Below the pieces are notes generated by a model. That model had not been told where the DNA came from. It made no database searches and saw only the letters and a list, made by a program, of their open reading frames with translations. Below, piece by piece: positions 24,061 through 38,237 of a stretch of DNA of 64,000 bases. Each line of letters begins with the position of its first letter. Position 1 is the first letter of the stretch. The stretch comes from Atractiella rhizophila. Lineage: Eukaryota. Location: assembly GCA_021432655.1 (NCBI GenBank), contig MU271395.1:1-64000 (forward strand), written 5' to 3'. The position numbers and the translations under genes were made by a program.

Positions 24061-26288
24061 CGAGCGTCCTGTGCATGTGTAACGTTTACCAGAACATGGA
24101 AAATTGCTTGCTTACATACAGGACCACGGAAAAGGAGCCCAAGTTGCGCACGCACCCGGTCAGCCTGAGCAAGACATCCGATATATAATAAACCAGACGA
24201 GCTTAGCAGGGTTGACATTCCCTGTAAGTTGAAGTTGAAGAACAGGCTCTGAATGCCACACGTGCAACATTTTGAAGTGTTCCCATCCCACTCTCTAAAT
24301 GCCACAAACCCCAACCGAAACCGCAAAACCGGAGAATGAACACTACCGAACGAAGTTGGAGGGACACGTTTTCTTGTGGTGGGATCGGGAATTATGGGAG
24401 AGGCAGAGATGAGAGGGCAACAGGCGGGAGGCACTTCAGGTGAGAGGTCAAGGGTTCAGTTCTCTCAAACTCTGAGCATCGGGGATTGGAGGAGTGTCTT
24501 TTGATGCAATGGCCAGCTGAGAGTAACGCCAACATCCCTCGTCATGAGGCTGAAAATTGTGTGAGAAATCAAGTCATTTATTCCCTTCCTGGCACGAAGG
24601 AGCAGGAGTCCTCTTGTCCACAGTACAGGTCTCCTTCTGTATTGAAGTGATAGATTGGAAAGGCTGTCACACTCTTAGTCTGAACGGTTTACGCATTCCC
24701 CTCGTTTGCACCGTACACCCGTTGTTTGTGCTACATAAAATACCAAAAATTTCCACTACAATCAAGTTTAGAGCAATTAAGGCCCAGCTCTTCATCATCG
24801 CTGCATCATTGTGGTAAACGCGATCACGAGATCTGGGGTAATTGAATGCTCAAATTGTTCCTGCTCGCAGCTTGTTCTGTCCCAAAGTCACCTCTAAGAC
24901 GAACCAACGATTTCCAATGTATTGTAGAATGAAAATGGCGTCATACTAGTTCAGGATAGCAAGGAACACCTCTATTCTTGCTTCTCTTTGAAGGTTTCGT
25001 TGAAATGTTGCAGCAAAAGTAGCAAACAAACTTCGTTGTCCTCCATTAAGGAGGATATTAATGCTGTAGATGAACTGCTAAGGATTTCTGCTCGTGGAAT
25101 GAATGACCAAGACAAGTTAATCTACAAGAGTATGTGTCATATGAAGCCTCCTGATATAGCGTTACAAGAAACCCTCGCCAAATGTCTCATTTCGCGTTGA
25201 CAGAGAACACTTACCCTGGACGAGCGATGGCGGCAAGTTTGACTTGTTGTCCACCTAATTATCTCCTCCAAAACACAACTCCTGCTACAGAAGTCTCCTT
25301 ACTCGCCATTTGTCATCGTTCCTAACAATCTAACAGCCTACAATCAACAAGCACGACCAGAAACACAAGGTGTGACTCACGTTCTGAGATCACAGATAAA
25401 CAACGACCTCTTCGGGCGGTATCAAGCCACTTTATCATTTCCCTCTCTTGTATCATCGAGGAGAGCTGCTAGGATACTCTCGTACATATCGAGAGCGATT
25501 CTATCCGCTTTCCTCTTTTTGTTCTTCGCTCTGAGGGCGGAATTCATACCAAGCCCATTTTGATCAAAATCCGACCAAAACCTTCGTAAGCCGCGTTTTC
25601 TCTCTCAAATCTTCCGTTACAGAGTAAAAGTATCAATTTGTGTGCTTTTGCTGATCAAATCAGTGCCTGTCAGTCCTCCTGGACAAGTCCCCACTATTGA
25701 GAGAACAAGGGGAGCATGACTCACAGTTGAAATCCTATTTCGACAGTTTCTTTCACCAAAGAGCTCTTCGAATCTTCTTTCGTTGCGTTTCATCATTGGA
25801 TACTTTAAATACAGATTTAGAGATGGGTTGGAAGGCAATTCCCTTGTTTCTCAAACATCGTAAAGACTGCCTAGTTCTGCTCGTCATTTCTCCTACGTTT
25901 TCTTGACATAAAGCCACAATAGGCACCAGTAGGATTCCAAAATTTCTTTATTGTATTAGTAGTATCTTTAAAGGTTTTCCGAAGTCACCAAGTAATTTCG
26001 TGCTTTCAAAAGAGAGAAAAAGGTGGAATGCGAATCAAATGCGCAGCGCCAGATGAAATAAACTTGCCTTTTATCAGTCCCGTTCCTAAATATTTCATTA
26101 AACGACCTGTTGAAGAATCAAGGTAAACATTTCATCCTGTTCGGAACGTCTTCATCAGGATGTCGATATTTTTTGTCATTCTTCACTTTTTGATCCCTAT
26201 TCCTCTTCACAATTCCAATTCAGAATTTCAAAGCTGATGGGCTATATGTTGGATACAGTCCATCTCCAATACCTCATAAACGATAAGG

Positions 26289-29195
26289 ATGATGTCTGAA
26301 CGATCAATCAAACGCCAAAGGGGGAACAAATCAACAGCCATAGAACGACCCTACGAGCTTTTGAGCGAGAGCAAAGGTAAGCCGTCCCCTTTTAGTTCCT
26401 AACCTGATTCTTTGCTGGAGGTTACCCCATACAAGATGCCCTTAGCCCGATCCCAGATTACGATCGCATTATGGTTCCCGTGTATGAGTCCATTCCCGTA
26501 GTCGAAGGCACTTTCCCAAAGGGACGAGTGTTCGTTGTTATCGATGACGAAGGATTGCCACATTTGTTTGAAGAGACGATGGAGATTGTGGGATTTCGGA
26601 AGTACAATTATCGGAAGAGAAAACGATCTGGTACGAGCGATATTTCGCTGATGGCAGAATTAAACGGTTTAACTCCGCAACAGTTAGCCTTCTCTCGCGT
26701 CTTTTACTCCTGCTAAACTGCTTTCTGCATAGATCTGGGATATCCACGGCAAGACAGATTACTGATGGAGTCGTGGATGACACTCCTAGACCGAACTCTC
26801 GATCTGACAGGAGACACAGAAACACGCTATTTGGCAATGGAATCCAAGGACCCCAGCTCCGTGTCCCCCTATCGACTTGCAGTCATCCGCAGTTCCTATC
26901 TAGTCCCACGAGAGCTGTGAACCCCTTTATGGCTTCTGTGAAAACTTCTCGCCGTCCAGCCACTCTAGAACAACCAGACTTCAGGTCCAGTCCTCCTCCG
27001 AAGGTTTTCTCCTTTCCTGCCCTTTCGACTAGTAAAAACTCACAATCCCTACCTGCAAAGAAGGTAGCGAACAGAACCGGCGCGGTCTATAAACCAACCC
27101 TTATTGCGCGGGAAGCGTTTTCGAATAACAACTGGTCACCTTCAGGAAGGGAAGGTCTCAAAACGGGTGCTCGAGCTCATGAAGGAGGCGAGGAGGACGT
27201 GTTTGGGCCCGTCCTGAGGCTTGATCAAGATGAAGAAGTCGCTGAGGAAGAAGAGACTGTTTTTGTCGTCGATGATGAGGAAGAAGAGGACTTTGGACTT
27301 GCGGGAAAGGACGCTGTCGTTGTGACTCCGGAAGAGGAGGTTATTGGTGAGCCTCAGGGCCAAGGGCTACCTGTTGGATCTACAACTAAGCGTCGTTCAC
27401 TGGACAACCATGTCGTATCCTCCACCTCTAGGGACGAGATCTACGAAGTCCAAGATTCTCCAGTTCAATCCTCAGCGACGTCAGTTTTAGAAGGTGTTCA
27501 CGCTTCTCCCAACGGAAATTCAACGGCAGCAACGAGAATATCTACAGTGACGGCCCAGACCGAGAAGGGAGTCGAATCCCCTTCAAGGTGTGTGAACAAC
27601 AAGGAGAAAACGCCGCCGTCGACAATCAAGACTCTAACCTACGGAGAAGGGTTCATCTATCCTGAGGATGCCGTCGAACAACTTTCAAACCGAAAGCGAC
27701 CGGTTACAACGTTGGCATGCGGAAAGAGGACATCTCGGGAGGAATGGACTATTCCACAGGATCATTCGCCTTCACATGCGCACAATCATCAGAACACTCC
27801 TCCTACAGCCGTGGGAGACGAAGATCCCGACACTGAAGATGAGCAGTTCGGCGATGTGATTTTGAAGGAGTGGGTGAAGAATCCGAAGAAGGCGTGGACG
27901 AGGGATTTCTCTTCACTCAAGAACAAGGGAAAGGGAAAGCAAACCGATCTCCACGGAGCGCTTTCGCAGGGCAAGGTCGAGAGATTGCTCCGGAGTGGGC
28001 GTTATAGGCTCATGTCAGAGGATCCTATGTACACTCATAACCGGACCTCCTACTCCCACGTGCGCGCGTTGGACAAGATCGATTCAGAGGAGGGTCTCCT
28101 GGAAGAGGAAGCGATTGAACCAGAGCAAAAGGGCTCAAGAGTCGAAGCGAGGGAAACTATTGACTACCAGAATGCAGAGGACTCAGTTTTGAGAGGTGAG
28201 AAAGAACTTGTTTACGAGATTGAGGAGGAGGAGGAAGAGGAAGTGGGAAATGGATCGGAAGCCGTGCCCTCCATTCAGTCCCCACCACATGCAGGGGCCA
28301 GCATGGATGAAGCTGACATCGAAGAAGTGGACGAAGGTAATGATATCGGGGTCGGACCGTCTGGACGCAATAATGTGATGGTTGCAACCGAAGCTGAAGA
28401 GGAAGAAGTTGAAAGTGTCACCGGATTCAGGGTTCGCGTTAGAGACATTGAGATAATAGAAAAGGATATAGGTTTGTCTGAAATCCTTCTTCCCCACCTT
28501 CCTCCTTTGCTCACTCTGCATGTCTCAAAGGGTTGGCGGCATACATCGAGCAATTCCTTATGACCCTCTCCCCGGATCCAGAAGACCTTGACGAGCCGAC
28601 ATCTCCCCTGCTTTCTAAATGGCTCGAGGGACTTTTCAGTTTGGTAAACATTGAGACGGATTTCATCTTCTATGCGCTGCACCTCATCCGTCGTCTATCC
28701 GCGGAACGATATTTCGACCACTCAATCATTGCAGGGCACCAGTGGACGTTCATAACCGCACTCGGCGTGGCAACTCGATCGGATGTGTTCTGGGGAGCTG
28801 ACGAAGATAGAGAGATGTTTTATGAGGTCGCGTCTTCGCTTCTAGATTGCGAGAAAGGGGAACTGTTCTGCCGAGAAGACGCGATGGTCAGAATCCTAGG
28901 AGGAAGGCTTCGGCTCCCCGGTGAAGACATATTTTCAAAGGTCTGCGAGCTGCTAAACGATATGAACGAGGGCAATAACGAGTGCGCTCAAGTTGCCTAT
29001 ATCGAGAATCTGAGTTTGGAGGAGGTAAAGAAGGAAAGGAGAAGAAAGGCAGTGGCGGAGAAGGAGAGGATACAAGAGGAAGATCGACAGCTCAGGAATG
29101 AATTCAAGCAATGGAGCGAGAAGAAGAGGAGGCAGAGACTTGGAAGGGACCGAGTGGACATAAAACAATATCATCAGAATCAAGGCATGCTATGA
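26289..29195 (+). CDS. Large acidic, disordered protein with a divergent cyclin-box-like C-terminal domain
   Basis: The 596-aa ORF 26773-28563 joins in frame to ORF 28533-29195 through intron 28472-28530 (KDI-G-LAAYIEQF). The upstream exons from ATG 26289 are tentative. Confidence 0.65.
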
Positions 29196-29454
29196 GACCG
29201 TGGAAATGGTGCTTTGACGGGATATGGGTTGTGAGATGATGATGAAGTCTGAATAGGTCCAAGTTTGTCAGATGTATACTCTGCTCTGGCATAGCTGTAG
29301 GTGTTTGGAAATGTTAAATTTAATTGATTGAAGGTAGCCCATCCTCCCTTATCAGTCTGAAGAAAGAAGTGAGTTGATAAATTACAATGAGTACCACCCA
29401 CAAACAGGATCCGTTGCTATACAATTAAGCACATCCTTTGCTACAAAGCCCAGA

Positions 29455-30919
<1,465 letters not shown>

Positions 30920-31305
30920 TTGAAGTTTTCTGTTGAAAAAAAGGGACAATAACAGCAGGAGGAACCGTGGCGAATCAGAACCCGAGAATTGGTGGTTTTG
31001 TTATGGTCAGGATGTAGTCATTGGTCATTAGATCTGTTGCCTATTGCCTATGAGCTTCAGTTAAACTGCTCACTTCTGGACAGGGTATCCGTCGCCAAGT
31101 TGTTGGGATGGGGAGGTAGCTTTACCACCTTCCTAGGTGCCACATTATGCGCTAAGGCATGAGATGGATGCAGACACCATGCTCGTCTGTGGGCCACTCT
31201 CATTTGGCACATTAGACATGGCGATTGCATACACATAAAAACTCCCGAAGCACAAGCACAAACCTGAATCTCCCAACTGTTTCATCCACAAACACTGCAT
31301 ACTTA

Positions 31306-32703
31306 CTACTCCCTTTCCTCTCTGCCCCTCCCCAACTTGCCCATGCTCCCAAGTTTATCTTCCAGCGTTCCCTCACCAAGCCTCGCTCCCATCCCACCCG
31401 TCATAAGCGTTCTTTCCCAAGTGCCAGTCCCAACCTTAGTTTCCGCCTTCCTCCTCCTGTCTTCCTCCTCCTGTTCAGCCTTATCCCGCTTCTCCATCTC
31501 CGCCACTTGCACAGTTCGCTTCGCGTGCAGGCTGTTGGCGGCAGCATGCATGGCGGCCAAACGGTCGGCAGCGTTAGGAAGAGAAGCAGCGGATGGCGGG
31601 AGTGCGGAAGGACGAGTAGGATATGGAGGAGCGCGTGAAGTGCGCGAAGAGGTGTTATACGTGGGTGAGGGACGACGAGCGCGAGGAGAACGGGAGCCAG
31701 AGCGGTCTTCATGTCGTCGTCGAGGAGGTGAAGGAGAACGTCGTCGTCGTGGAGGAGAGGCAGAACGATCCCTATCTCGACGGTCCAGACGGTCTCTGCG
31801 GTCGTAACCATCACGATCCCTCCTTCTGCCGTCATCACGATCAACGTCCTTCCTCCTAGTGTCATCACGATCAACATCCCTCCTCCTGTCGTCGTCACGA
31901 TCAACATCCCTCCTTCTGCTTCTATCCCTATCCCTCTCATACTCATCATCGCTCTCATCGCTTCTCCTCGTTCGCCTCCTCTTCCTGTCGTCATCCCTAT
32001 CCAAACTATCCTCCCTCTCCCTCCTTTTCTTATCCTTCTTCCTTTCCTTCTTGTCTTTCTTCTTCTTGTCTTCCTTCTCTTTCAAAGCTTTCAATCTTTT
32101 GGGGTTCTTGAGGAGCTGATCATACGCCGCTTGCTCTTGCTTCTTGATCGCCAACATGGGGTCTTCCCTTATCTTGGCGGCTAAATCCAAAGGAGTGTTC
32201 GCAATGCCATAACCCAAATTTCCCGATGCTGGTCCAGCAGATCGATTCGCTTCCTCCAACGCCTTAGCCTACACCCCAACCGAGGGAATCAACGCCTAAA
32301 CCAAAACTTTGCAGCGACAAGAAAGCGTACCTTCTCCTCCTTTTCCCTGAACAGCTTATCCACCCTCTTCTTTCCCAACAAATAAGCCTCCATCTCGGCT
32401 TCGTCCATCCCTCCTCCGCTCGCAGGAGTAGCATACATCCATTCTATCTTACCCTCCGCAGGTTCTCCTTGTAATCTTCGCAACTCCTGCACGGCTCGTT
32501 CCTCCGCCAACTCCTTCTGCAGTTGCTGAGTCCGCCGTCGCTCGTCAAGAGCTCGCTTCTCCTCTTCCCACACCCGTTGCTGATTCTTGATCAGCAGCGG
32601 GTGCCAGGACTGCGACCATCAAACAAATATTCAGTAAATGTAATGGCAGAGGGTTGGAATGGAGGGAACGCACCTTCTTCATGTTCAAGTCACCTCCTCC
32701 CAT
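31306..32703 (-). CDS. CWC25: Pre-mRNA splicing factor Cwc25
   Basis: Spliced N-terminus [27 protein letters not shown], then [35 protein letters not shown] and an RD/RS-rich tail. Confidence 0.95.
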
Positions 32704-33249
32704 TTTGGTCGATTATCAGCTCAGAAGTTAACACAAATTCGGTATCTCTTCGAGTCTCGAAGGTCGGGATAATCAATGCTTTCTCGTACTTGGTACTTCA
32801 GCGTTCAGTTTGTTGCCACCCCGCAAAAGCCCCAAGGGTGGGAGTTCCAAGCCCCCCAGTTCCCCCAAGCACGTGACACTTGCCCCATTGCTCGAGTAGG
32901 TTCACGCTCTGGTTCTTTGATAGCTTGTTTGATTTTTACATCAACCTCCGAGCTTAAGATGATCTTGCCTATACCATGATCAATGCCAGAACTGAAAACA
33001 AGAAATGAGCACCATTTCACTGACGGACATTGTCGTCCATCAAGTGGTAATATAAAAGTGATAATCTGGCTCTTTGCAAAATACCAAAGGTATGATATAC
33101 AATTAACTTCAAGTTTCAAGTTGCTCAGACAGAATAATCCACTAGACAGCATAAATCGCATCATGAACGTCATGATAACATATACAAGCAAGAATCCTCG
33201 TTCACTGCAATGTGAACGAAATGCACATCTACTGCAACTCAGAGTTGCA

Positions 33250-36249
33250 TCACTTCCACGGCGCACGGTTGCCCTCCCTATTAATGCTGCTCATCGTCTT
33301 CTTCCCGGTTGTGCCTGGGGTCGTCCCCTTCTTCTTGACAGTTCCACCAACACCTGGCCCATCCATTCTCGATCTGGCAATGGCGCGGCTCTTCGTGTTC
33401 GAGCCCAAAGTACTATGCTTCGAGACGGCTCGGACTTTTGGCGTAGTTGTAGACAGCAGAGGTTTCTCCTTCTTCGGTGTCACGTTCGCTTTTCCTGGTG
33501 ATAAGCCAACAGGTGGAGGAGAAAGCGCGATGGGAGTTGCAGCGCGCGAGCCGCAGTCCTCCGAATGGTCCTTGGAGGGTTCAGAATCCTCGAAGGTTTG
33601 AGTCCTCGAGAGGGAACCAGAAGCAGAAGCTTCATCTGTCTCTACGGAGGGAATCTTCGACCCTTCTCCTTCAGTATGCTTCCCTTCGTCATCGGTTGTC
33701 TCATTATCAATGCGCACGAAGGATTCGTCACCCAACGAAGCAGACTCGCTAACAATGCGTACTCTGGGGGTCTTGGGTATCTGAGCGGGAGCAGCTGAAG
33801 CTATAAAATTGACAGAATAAATGAGCTGTATGTGCAAGAGGAAGAGATGAAGAAATACCTTTCTTCTTGCCCCGCAGAAGGCTCTCTTTGAGATCAAACT
33901 TCTTCCAGCTTGGTCCCTTTGCCACTTTCGCAGCTGCAGGAATAGGTTTTGCTGTAACCTTCGGCTTTATAGCTGTTGTTGAACTTGAAGCCGAGGCTGA
34001 AGCTGGAAGTGAGTCCTTGTCTTTCCCTTGTGTCAAATTCTTGAAACCGGCGGTCGCAGCCTTGAAGATGCCTGAACGTCCAATCGTTCCTGATGAAACT
34101 ACTGCAGGCTTCTTCGCTTTCTGCAGCGTCGAGATAGCCTCAGGATTGATAATAACGGCGGGGTTGGCACCCTCAGGATTCCTCTTTGTCAAAGCCATGG
34201 ACATTGGCCGAATTCCTACTTGCACATCTTCAGTTCCAGCACTCGATGAGAGAAAAGAGGAAAACAAACCAGTGCCAAATACTCCGCGCTTTGGACCGAC
34301 AGTAGTCTTCCCGAGACTTTTCCTTCTCTGTCTCGCGCTTTCCAACTGAGTTTTCTTCCTAGCTGCCTCTCTTTCTGTCACAATCTTCTTCTGCTCTATC
34401 CCTGTAGGAGGCGCTGGCGCGTTTGCAAGGGTGAGACGGGAATCGCTTGTGGCAGCAGTGGAAGGTTTGAAGCGTTTTGCGTTGCGTTCGCCATCAGGAG
34501 CTGGTCTCTTTCCTGGCCGATCAACGATACTCGCCATCCTGCATCTCAGCATTAAATTCCGCAGGAGAGATGAGGAGAAGAGCGCACTTGGAAAATTCGC
34601 GCTCGTGAGCGTCGTCAAACCTACCCTTCCTCTTCATAGTCCCAACTCGTGCACCCATCTCTCCAAATGTTGCTTTGAATTCAGCTTCAACTTCAGGCAG
34701 GACTTCCCCTCCACCTATTTCCACTCTTCGGTTCAGCTCTCTCATCATCTTCTCAGCCGCCGTCAGCCCTGATGTGGACGCTTCAGGAGCGGAAGTCGAA
34801 CCCATTGGAGGATGCTCGGTATCCACGTCCATGTCCTGGTTTCCATAAGACCCAGCAGATTTCCCCTCGTTATTACCGCTGGAAGCAGAAGGAGCAAATG
34901 CGGCGGGAAGAGGAGGAACAGGAACCGTCGCCACGTCCTCTGGACCAAGGATGGACATTTTCTTCTTGAAGTTAAACGGCGTGTTTCAAGCATCTGCCAC
35001 CTTCATAGGTTTGAAAGGCGTGCCGCCGTTTCTTTCTCTCCTAGGCAGAGACTTGATGGCTCTGCCCATTGTCGATGGCGCAAGAACAGGCAGAGGAGAA
35101 ATAGCAGGAGTCGGAGAGGCCTGCGTGCCGGAGACGAGACGGATTCCAGCTGGAGTTCCAGATGTCTGTTTGGGAGTTTCGCAGATAAGTTGGGCGGTGG
35201 TTTGTTTGGGAGGGGTAGGAGGAGGATAGATCGGAACTGAAGAAAACGAGTCTTCCATCTGAGGCGAAAAGTTGAAGGACTGCTCGCCAATCGTCATATC
35301 TGCAGCAAGATCCAACGAAGGCTGAGCCATCGAGACTGTGTCGACAGTTGCAGTTGTACCCGGAGCAGGAGGCAAGACAGAAGTCGTCGGCGGCGTAGTT
35401 GGGGCAACCGCGGAAAGCGACGCTTCAAATGGATTCCGCTCCATTCCATGGCTAACTTGAGGAGGAATAATAGCAGTCTCGTCTCCCTCCAACTCATCCT
35501 TATCCTCACTCTCAGCCTCTTGCCAATCTCCCACAAGTGCCTCCTCATCTTTCGCTTTGTTTCGAGAAGGAGACCAGTTTCTCAGACTGCCGAAACTTTT
35601 CTTCAGGCTCAACCCACTCAGTGACTTCTTGAGACTCGAGGCGATACCAGAGGCAAAGATGGAATGGATGCTCTTGTTTGATTTCGTAGATTTTATGCTT
35701 CCACTTCGCTTCGCGAGATCTGCAGTTGAACGTGTAGGAGTGGAAACGACGCCGACTTCGACATCTTCAAATTCTGGCAAGATCTTCCCTAATGTAGGTT
35801 CGGGGAGAGGTGCGTTGGGGCGAGGTGACGTTGGATCTTCGGACGAGTTGTTGAAGGCGAGAGATTCCTTGGAAGGGTTGGCGAGCGAAAAGGTGAAGAT
35901 AGAGCCAACGGACTTGTTGAGGATGGATTTGGCGGGAGAGGACTTGGAGGGAGAAGCAGGAGGGGCGACCTCGTCCCCATCTTTCTGAGGAGAAACCCCT
36001 TGTTCTTGCTGCCGCAGAGTGTGGCCATGTTCTTTCAGTCGTTCGATGATTTCAACATTCTGCGTCGCACATCCAAGTCCCATTGATACATTTCTTATGA
36101 CAATGCAGCGAACGTACCTTTCCATTAGCTTTCAACCCATGTTTCTTGCACAGCGCCAAAAGCTGTGGACGTTTCAGGGCGTGAAGGGCTGGTGAGGACT
36201 CGAGGATGAGCAACGACTCCCTACGTCCCTTCGATGATGGCGTTGACAT
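33250..36249 (-). CDS. N-terminal SAP-like domain protein with NuSAP-like C-terminal motifs
   Basis: Spliced ALHALKRPQLLALCKKHGLKANGKNVEIIERLKEH, a long S/T/P-rich disordered middle, spliced RFDDAHEREFSKMASI, KKFDLKESL and a basic tail ending APWK. Confidence 0.7.
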
Positions 36250-36644
36250 TAATATACGGTGTTTCTTTGACTTGTCTGCTGTTGTTGGGTCCTATTCTCA
36301 CGAAATGGCGTGCACTTGGTCGTTGAGTTTGGCACAACAAGTGCTGCGGAAACGCGAGCAGTCAGGTGATACAAGAGTGAACGTCACGTGCTCTATACTT
36401 CCCTATTTTGTCTTGTCCCACGTACCTAGACGCGTATCTCGACGCACCTGGCGAGATAACAGCAAAGACACCTCCATATCTTACGGGTGCCAGTTGTCAC
36501 ACGGTTTCCAGATTCCAGTCGGCGCTCCCGCTTCCTGCTTCCAGGAGCACTTGCACAGGATCATATAGAACCTTGGCCAGATATATCTGAAAATTTTTCG
36601 TCGCTCTTTACATAAATTTCAATCGCTCATTTACTTGGAACATC

Positions 36645-37974
36645 ATGCTACTCAGGCTCTCTCTAATATCCTTTGCGTTTCTTGCGCTTTGCCTTCCCTC
36701 CCTCGCTCAGGCATCGCACGGTCAGAAGAGAGATCATACCGATCTCTCAAAGCTCTTAGGACCTTTAACACCCTCAACAGATGAGGGTATGGACGACGCT
36801 GGATCCCTCATCAGCGAACTTAACGCAGATGTGTCATCTCTTCTTGATGGTGATTCTGTTTGCTCTCATTTCATGTTGGTTCTAAACATTCTTCACAGTT
36901 CTTCCCGATTCGGATGTAACGGCCTCCTTCGTTCCTTCTCTCAAAGCGCTCACTTCAGCTCTCACTGGCGAAACCACTTACGCCGTGAAGGAACTCCTCT
37001 CATGTCTTTCCGTTCTGAACTCGATGGCCGTCCCTGAAGATTACAAGTGCCTCTCTCCGTCTGGAGCTTCTTTTACGGCTGTCAGAACGGCTATGACCGC
37101 TATGATTGAACGCAGTGCTGAAATAGTTGGCCCAAAGAGTGTTAATCTCCTCCTAGGAAGTGCGTAACTCATTTATCCACAAATTGTTCTTGATTGACGT
37201 ACGAAAATAGAGCTTGACGAAGCGCTGGACCCCTTGACCCCTCTCTTTCCTCCCCTGAAGGATATTCGAGAACATTTCTCTTCCGCATTGAAGAGCATCA
37301 GCGCCTCTCTCTCTGGAAATGCAGTCACGACCTTTTCCCTGCTGCAATCTTGTCTATTGGATGCTCCAGTCGCACCATACAACCCCGCCTGCCTCATTTC
37401 ATCCTTCTCGCCGCTTCAAAACATTTTCCCCACCTTCTTCGACCAAACGCTCGGCATTCTCCTGCCTACAGAAGTAGACGGCTTAACGGAAGCTCTCACC
37501 CCCATCTTTAATAAAGGACCCCTGGAAGATACTTTCAACGATATCAAGAACGCCTTGAAATCGGTCGCCTCCTCAGTTGGAGGGAATGGCGCGACACAGT
37601 TCGATCTACTGGCCGGATGTTTGACGGATGCATTGTTTAGCAATGGAACAAGGGTAGCTCAGGTCTGCACGAGCAAAGAGTTGCTGGATCCGACTGTCAC
37701 TGCTCTCGCGTGAGTCTACCTCTCACTCTCAAAAATGTTCTGTTGCTGATTTAGTTTTTGGACGCGCAGGGGTTCGTACGATCAGCTGCATAACGTGCTG
37801 GCACCCAGTGTTGTCACGGACCTTAAAGACCTCGTTGTGCAAGTTGGGGCAAGTAAAGAAGCCGAGTCTGTCAGAAGCTATTTTGTGAAGCAGGGTCAGG
37901 ATACTCCTGTTGAGGTTCAAAGGATTCTGAAAGGTCGAAGAAAGCGCAGAATGACGCGGATGTTATCAACCTGA
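36645..37974 (+). CDS. Secreted hypothetical protein with internal helical Cys-containing repeats
   Basis: Signal MLLRLSLISFAFLALCLPSLAQA followed by a KR site. Repeated units ALKSISASLSGNAVTTFSLLQSCLLDA and ALKSVASSVGGNGATQFDLLAGCLTDA. Confidence 0.7.
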
Positions 37975-38237
37975 ACAGATGACACAGTCCTTTTGAACTT
38001 GAAGATCTCATTGGGTTATCTCAGTGATTCGAACTTGAGTCAATATAACAAATTTTCTGATATACGATTGATTGGCAAAGCAATTACAGGTGAACGAGCC
38101 ATGATGAACGCCGAAATTCGAAACAAGGGATAAGCTTACATCAGCAAAGGAATTAAACCCAGAAGATCTAACATAACGATATAGCAGTTATTGGGTTCAG
38201 AGGCAAAGTCAATAGATTTTACAAAGAATCTATACAA

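Noticed and set aside
31780..31930. TCACGATCAACATCCCTCC-type repeats
   Set aside because: Coding repeats of RDVDRDD in Cwc25, not a CRISPR array or satellite.
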